From contig CM035361.1 in the NCBI GenBank assembly GCA_020137815.1, forward strand, positions 3,720,001 to 3,784,000: DNA of 64,000 bases. Direction: 5' to 3'. Within the stretch, counting starts at the first letter, position 1, and each line of letters begins with the position of its first letter. Below the pieces are notes generated by a model. It worked only from the letters and a program-made list of their open reading frames with translations, made no database searches and was not told the DNA's origin. The stretch is from Hormiphora californensis (taxonomy: Eukaryota > Animalia > Ctenophora). Positions 60,550 to 64,000 of the stretch are shown here, one piece after another. The translations under genes and the position numbers were made by a program.

Positions 60550-63150
60550 CCCCCAAGCTCGCGCTGGCGACGGGCCAAAACTTGAAAAAAGCCCCCAAGT
60601 TTACAAAGGGTTCATAGTTCATAGGGGTTGGGAAACCAAAAATTAGTACACCAATGTAGAAATTTACCGGGGAAAAATCGGGCCATTTTGCTAGCCCTTT
60701 GATTCTTTTTTTTTATTTTCCCTTCCTTACTTTTTACCACGGGACACAGCGGAAGGCCACCGGATTTTATCCCTAAAAGGAAGAAATGGGGAATTAGTAT
60801 TAAGGACCCCCACGACGTCCAAGGGCTTTAAACTCCTTGGATCTGATAAACGGTTGTTTATCCCCAAGGTCAAATTTCCCCCACGGAAGGGAAGATCTGC
60901 CAGGAAGACCAAATTTCGACTATGGCCCTCTAGAAAACCGACCCGGACCGAGGGACTTTTTTCCCCTTTTTTGGGGTTCAAAACCCCTTTTTTTCCTGTC
61001 TAAAAACTACGCTGAAAAGGCCCCCAAAACTAGGGAACTATGGTCATTTCTTAGCGCAGTACAGGAAACGAGTAAAGCCCCTCCTTGGGAAAAAAGCAAA
61101 AACCCGTCTAAAAAGACGTTTTTGGCAGAGGACTATAGGGGTTAAGCAAAGGTGAGGACAGAGTTGGAGGGGTCCCCATTTTGGGGGGGGGGATTTATCC
61201 GAAGCACCAGAGAGAGGACGGGGAAACCAGATTTAAAATAGGGGGGAAAAAGGGGTTATGGGGGGCGGGGGGATTTTTTCAAATTTTATAGTTATTTCGG
61301 AAAAGGTTTGGGGGCGGGTTTAAATTGGGGGGTAAGTTTAAAGGAGGGTAGAAAAATCCCGGGCTGGGAAATGCTAAGTCACGGAGAAGTTTGGGGGGTT
61401 TTTTTAAACGGGGGGCTCTGGAAAAAACCTGGGCAGCTAGTTTTTTTGGGGGGGGGCTCCCCGGGAAGAGGGAAAATGTTTAAAAAGGGTTTAAAACCCC
61501 TTTTTCCCAAAACCCTACAAGGGTCTACCCCACGGGTCATCAGACAGGGAAAGTCGAACACTTTTCCCCCCCGGCGGCCCAATCTTCACGGGGTTTCACT
61601 TTTGGAGGAAATCAGGGGGGGCCAAGAAGGGGATTAAGGAGGGAAAAGGTTAGGGGGAGACAGCATCCCTCCTGAGGTTTGAAAAGGTTTTATTGGATGA
61701 GAAAATTTGCGGGGGGTTTTGGTAACGGTGTTTTAAAAGGGGAAAAGGGTATTCCAGAACAATGGCATGAGAAACACTTTTCCTTTTCCCAAAGAAGGGC
61801 GCCCTGTCCAACCCCCCCCCCCTTTGGGAATTTACCGGGGTATTGCACTGATTTCCCAATTTTTTGGGAAAAACCCGGTTGAACAGGATGCTACTAAAAA
61901 ATCGCACCGGCCCTATTTGAGACAAAAACTCCTTGACTTCCCAAAAAGGGTTTTTCCAAAGGGGGAACGTAAAAACCACCATTCACATTTTTAAACACGG
62001 GGGAGGATACTGGGGGGTGCAGGGGAAACAACCCCCGGTGGCCAGGGCTTTAAATCACTTTGTTAAACCCTTTGATAGTTCAACCGTTTTCCACCCCAAA
62101 TAAAAATTTTAAGGGCATACGGCATCCCAAGATGCTATGGGTGTTTTATCCAATGGCTCACACTAACACCAAAGCGCAAATCCTTACAGCTGACGGCGTT
62201 ATTTCTTTTTTTGAGATCGTGGCTGGGTTTTTACAAGGGAACATTACCCCTTTTCCCCTTTATCATATGCCCCGGGCTATTTTTACGGGTGCACTCCGTA
62301 GGGCACCCGGAGATCGGTTTTTTACTCTGAGAAACCCGGTAAAGGGTTTGGGGAGTTGGGGGGATCCCGATTACGACCTGGCTTTTCCCGGGCGACGTGG
62401 CCCTGCTTTGGGAAAACCGGGTTTGGGGGTTAGGGGTTTTACTTTGTGAGGGTTGAAACGGTATGGAAGGGGGTTTGGTGGCTATTAACCAGAAAAAACG
62501 GGGGAGCTCAATGGAGAACATCCCAGTCCAGAGCCGGCCCTTTTTAACCCGTTAAAGGACACACCCCTCAAAACAACCCATGACTTCAAATAACCCGGGG
62601 GTTTGTGGATCAGAGATTCGAACAAGGACATCAAGAAAACCCGGGAAAAGTAAGGGATGGGTTTGGGCCCGGGCCCCGGCTTAAGAAAATCTGGAAACCC
62701 CAATCTTTAAAAACGAAATCAGTGAGGTTTTTTTGTTTTCACTGTCGAAACCGTTCTCCCATACGGATTTTGAGACCTGGGGCCCTCACCAAACAAATGG
62801 AAAGAGTTTTAAAAGGGGGCTATACTCTTTTGTTGGAAAGGCACTTCAAAAACCCCGTGGCAACTTTCCCCAAAGACTAATGGCACGGTTTTATTTGGGA
62901 TGGAGGGTTAACCCCCTTTTCAGCAAAAAAAGCGGAACGAAACTACGAAATTGCCGGAAAATGCACCAAAGCACTCAAACTGACACTCCACAAAATCCCT
63001 TTTTTGGGGGCCTACTCACGGTCCAAAGTTACCCTGGCAAACCCCCGAAAACCTTTGTGGAGTTCAGGCAAGATAGGGTCTGGGGGAGGGCATGAAGGGA
63101 AGCTTAAATTTGGAGGGAACGTTATTTTCGTTGGGGGGGAAAACTTGTTC
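60550..63150 (+). mobile_element. Degraded RTE-like LINE (RT region recognisable) in low-accuracy sequence
   Basis: TNTKAQILTADG..FFEIVAG.LQG (~62160-62240), DFKY.G (~62580), LKKIWK..VRFF..VETV...ETW.LTKQME (~62680-62800). Confidence 0.7.
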
Positions 63151-64000
63151 AAAAAGGGGTTCGGGAATTCCACCCGCCTTAAAATCAAACGAAGTCCAAA
63201 AACCTATTAAGGAAATTTTTCAGTAAAAGCCCATTTAATACCGTTTAAAAGATTCGGGATGGTCATTTTTCCGAAAGATATTTTATTTATCGCATAATTC
63301 CCCATTTAATTTGGGGATTATTATTCCGGGATAAAGATGCAACGGGATTTTTCACCCAAACTCGCGATATTATATCCGCTAAAGAGGGGGGGGGTTATAA
63401 TTGGGGAATTAATTATACTAATTTCGCATCACGTACTCGGTATTTCCGCCTCATTTCTAAATCCATCTTTGCGGTTTATTTTTACCTAATTCTTGATCTG
63501 TCGGCGGTCGACCTGTATACTTTTTCATGTGATAATTAGTTTCTACATACTATAACCCTTTCAATTATAGAGCATATAAAATTTAAAAAGAACCCCCCCT
63601 ATTTTTTAGTATACACCTTTCTGCACCAAAAATTTTTCTGTTTTTGAATTTATTCATTGAAATTCGCTAGGCTTGCTATTATATTTTGAGTAAAGATCGT
63701 TGTATAAATCATGGCAAATATTTAATCGTCTTTATAAGCATTTACCACTGTGAGTTATAGATGTTGTGGCCTAGGCCGCCAGCTTCAAATATTTGTCAAT
63801 GGATATGAAATTGAATAGCTTGGTAGCCCAATTAGCAGTTAGAGAGAGAGAGAGAGAGAGAAAGAAAGGGGGAAAAAGAGAGAGAGGGGAAAAAAAGAGC
63901 GGGGAAAAGTTTAAAAAAAGAGCAAAAACAAAAAAGGGGATGGAGGGGGGGGGGGGGAAAAATTTGGGGAAAGGGTTGGGTGGGGGTTTTTTTCCCCCCC

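Overview
A repeat-rich, intron-containing animal genomic window. It is probably a ctenophore; this is inferred from the domain content and repeat families, not verified. The ends (about 1-4.7 kb and 60.3-64 kb) and parts of 28-41 kb are error-prone consensus, and there is a 100-N gap at 29067-29166. Four spliced genes were reconstructed by hand, with consistent intron phases. (1) A partial gene of alternating ~140-aa extracellular domain exons and sushi/CCP exons (9965-13729, +); one sushi exon is interrupted by a poly(A) retro-insertion. (2) A 16-exon, ~529-aa secreted protein with three tandem selenoprotein-P N-terminal-like thioredoxin-fold domains, carrying CLYC where SelP has UxxC (27653-14986, -). 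(3) A 4-exon, 136-aa secreted protein with 14 Cys in the mature region (42075-44581, +). (4) A 13-exon, 552-aa SIX-class homeobox gene with the Six1/2-type ETSY motif (49447-57753, +). Introns and intergenic DNA hold nested foldback elements and MITEs, a Helitron, a Penelope-like element, an RLE non-LTR retrotransposon with a putative HDV-like ribozyme, and an RTE-like LINE remnant. The most striking recurrent pattern is repeats and transposons acting on splice sites: in-frame tandem arrays of ten acceptors or ten donors, a transposon end that recreates a lost donor in the same phase, and two introns whose 5' ends come from the same MITE.
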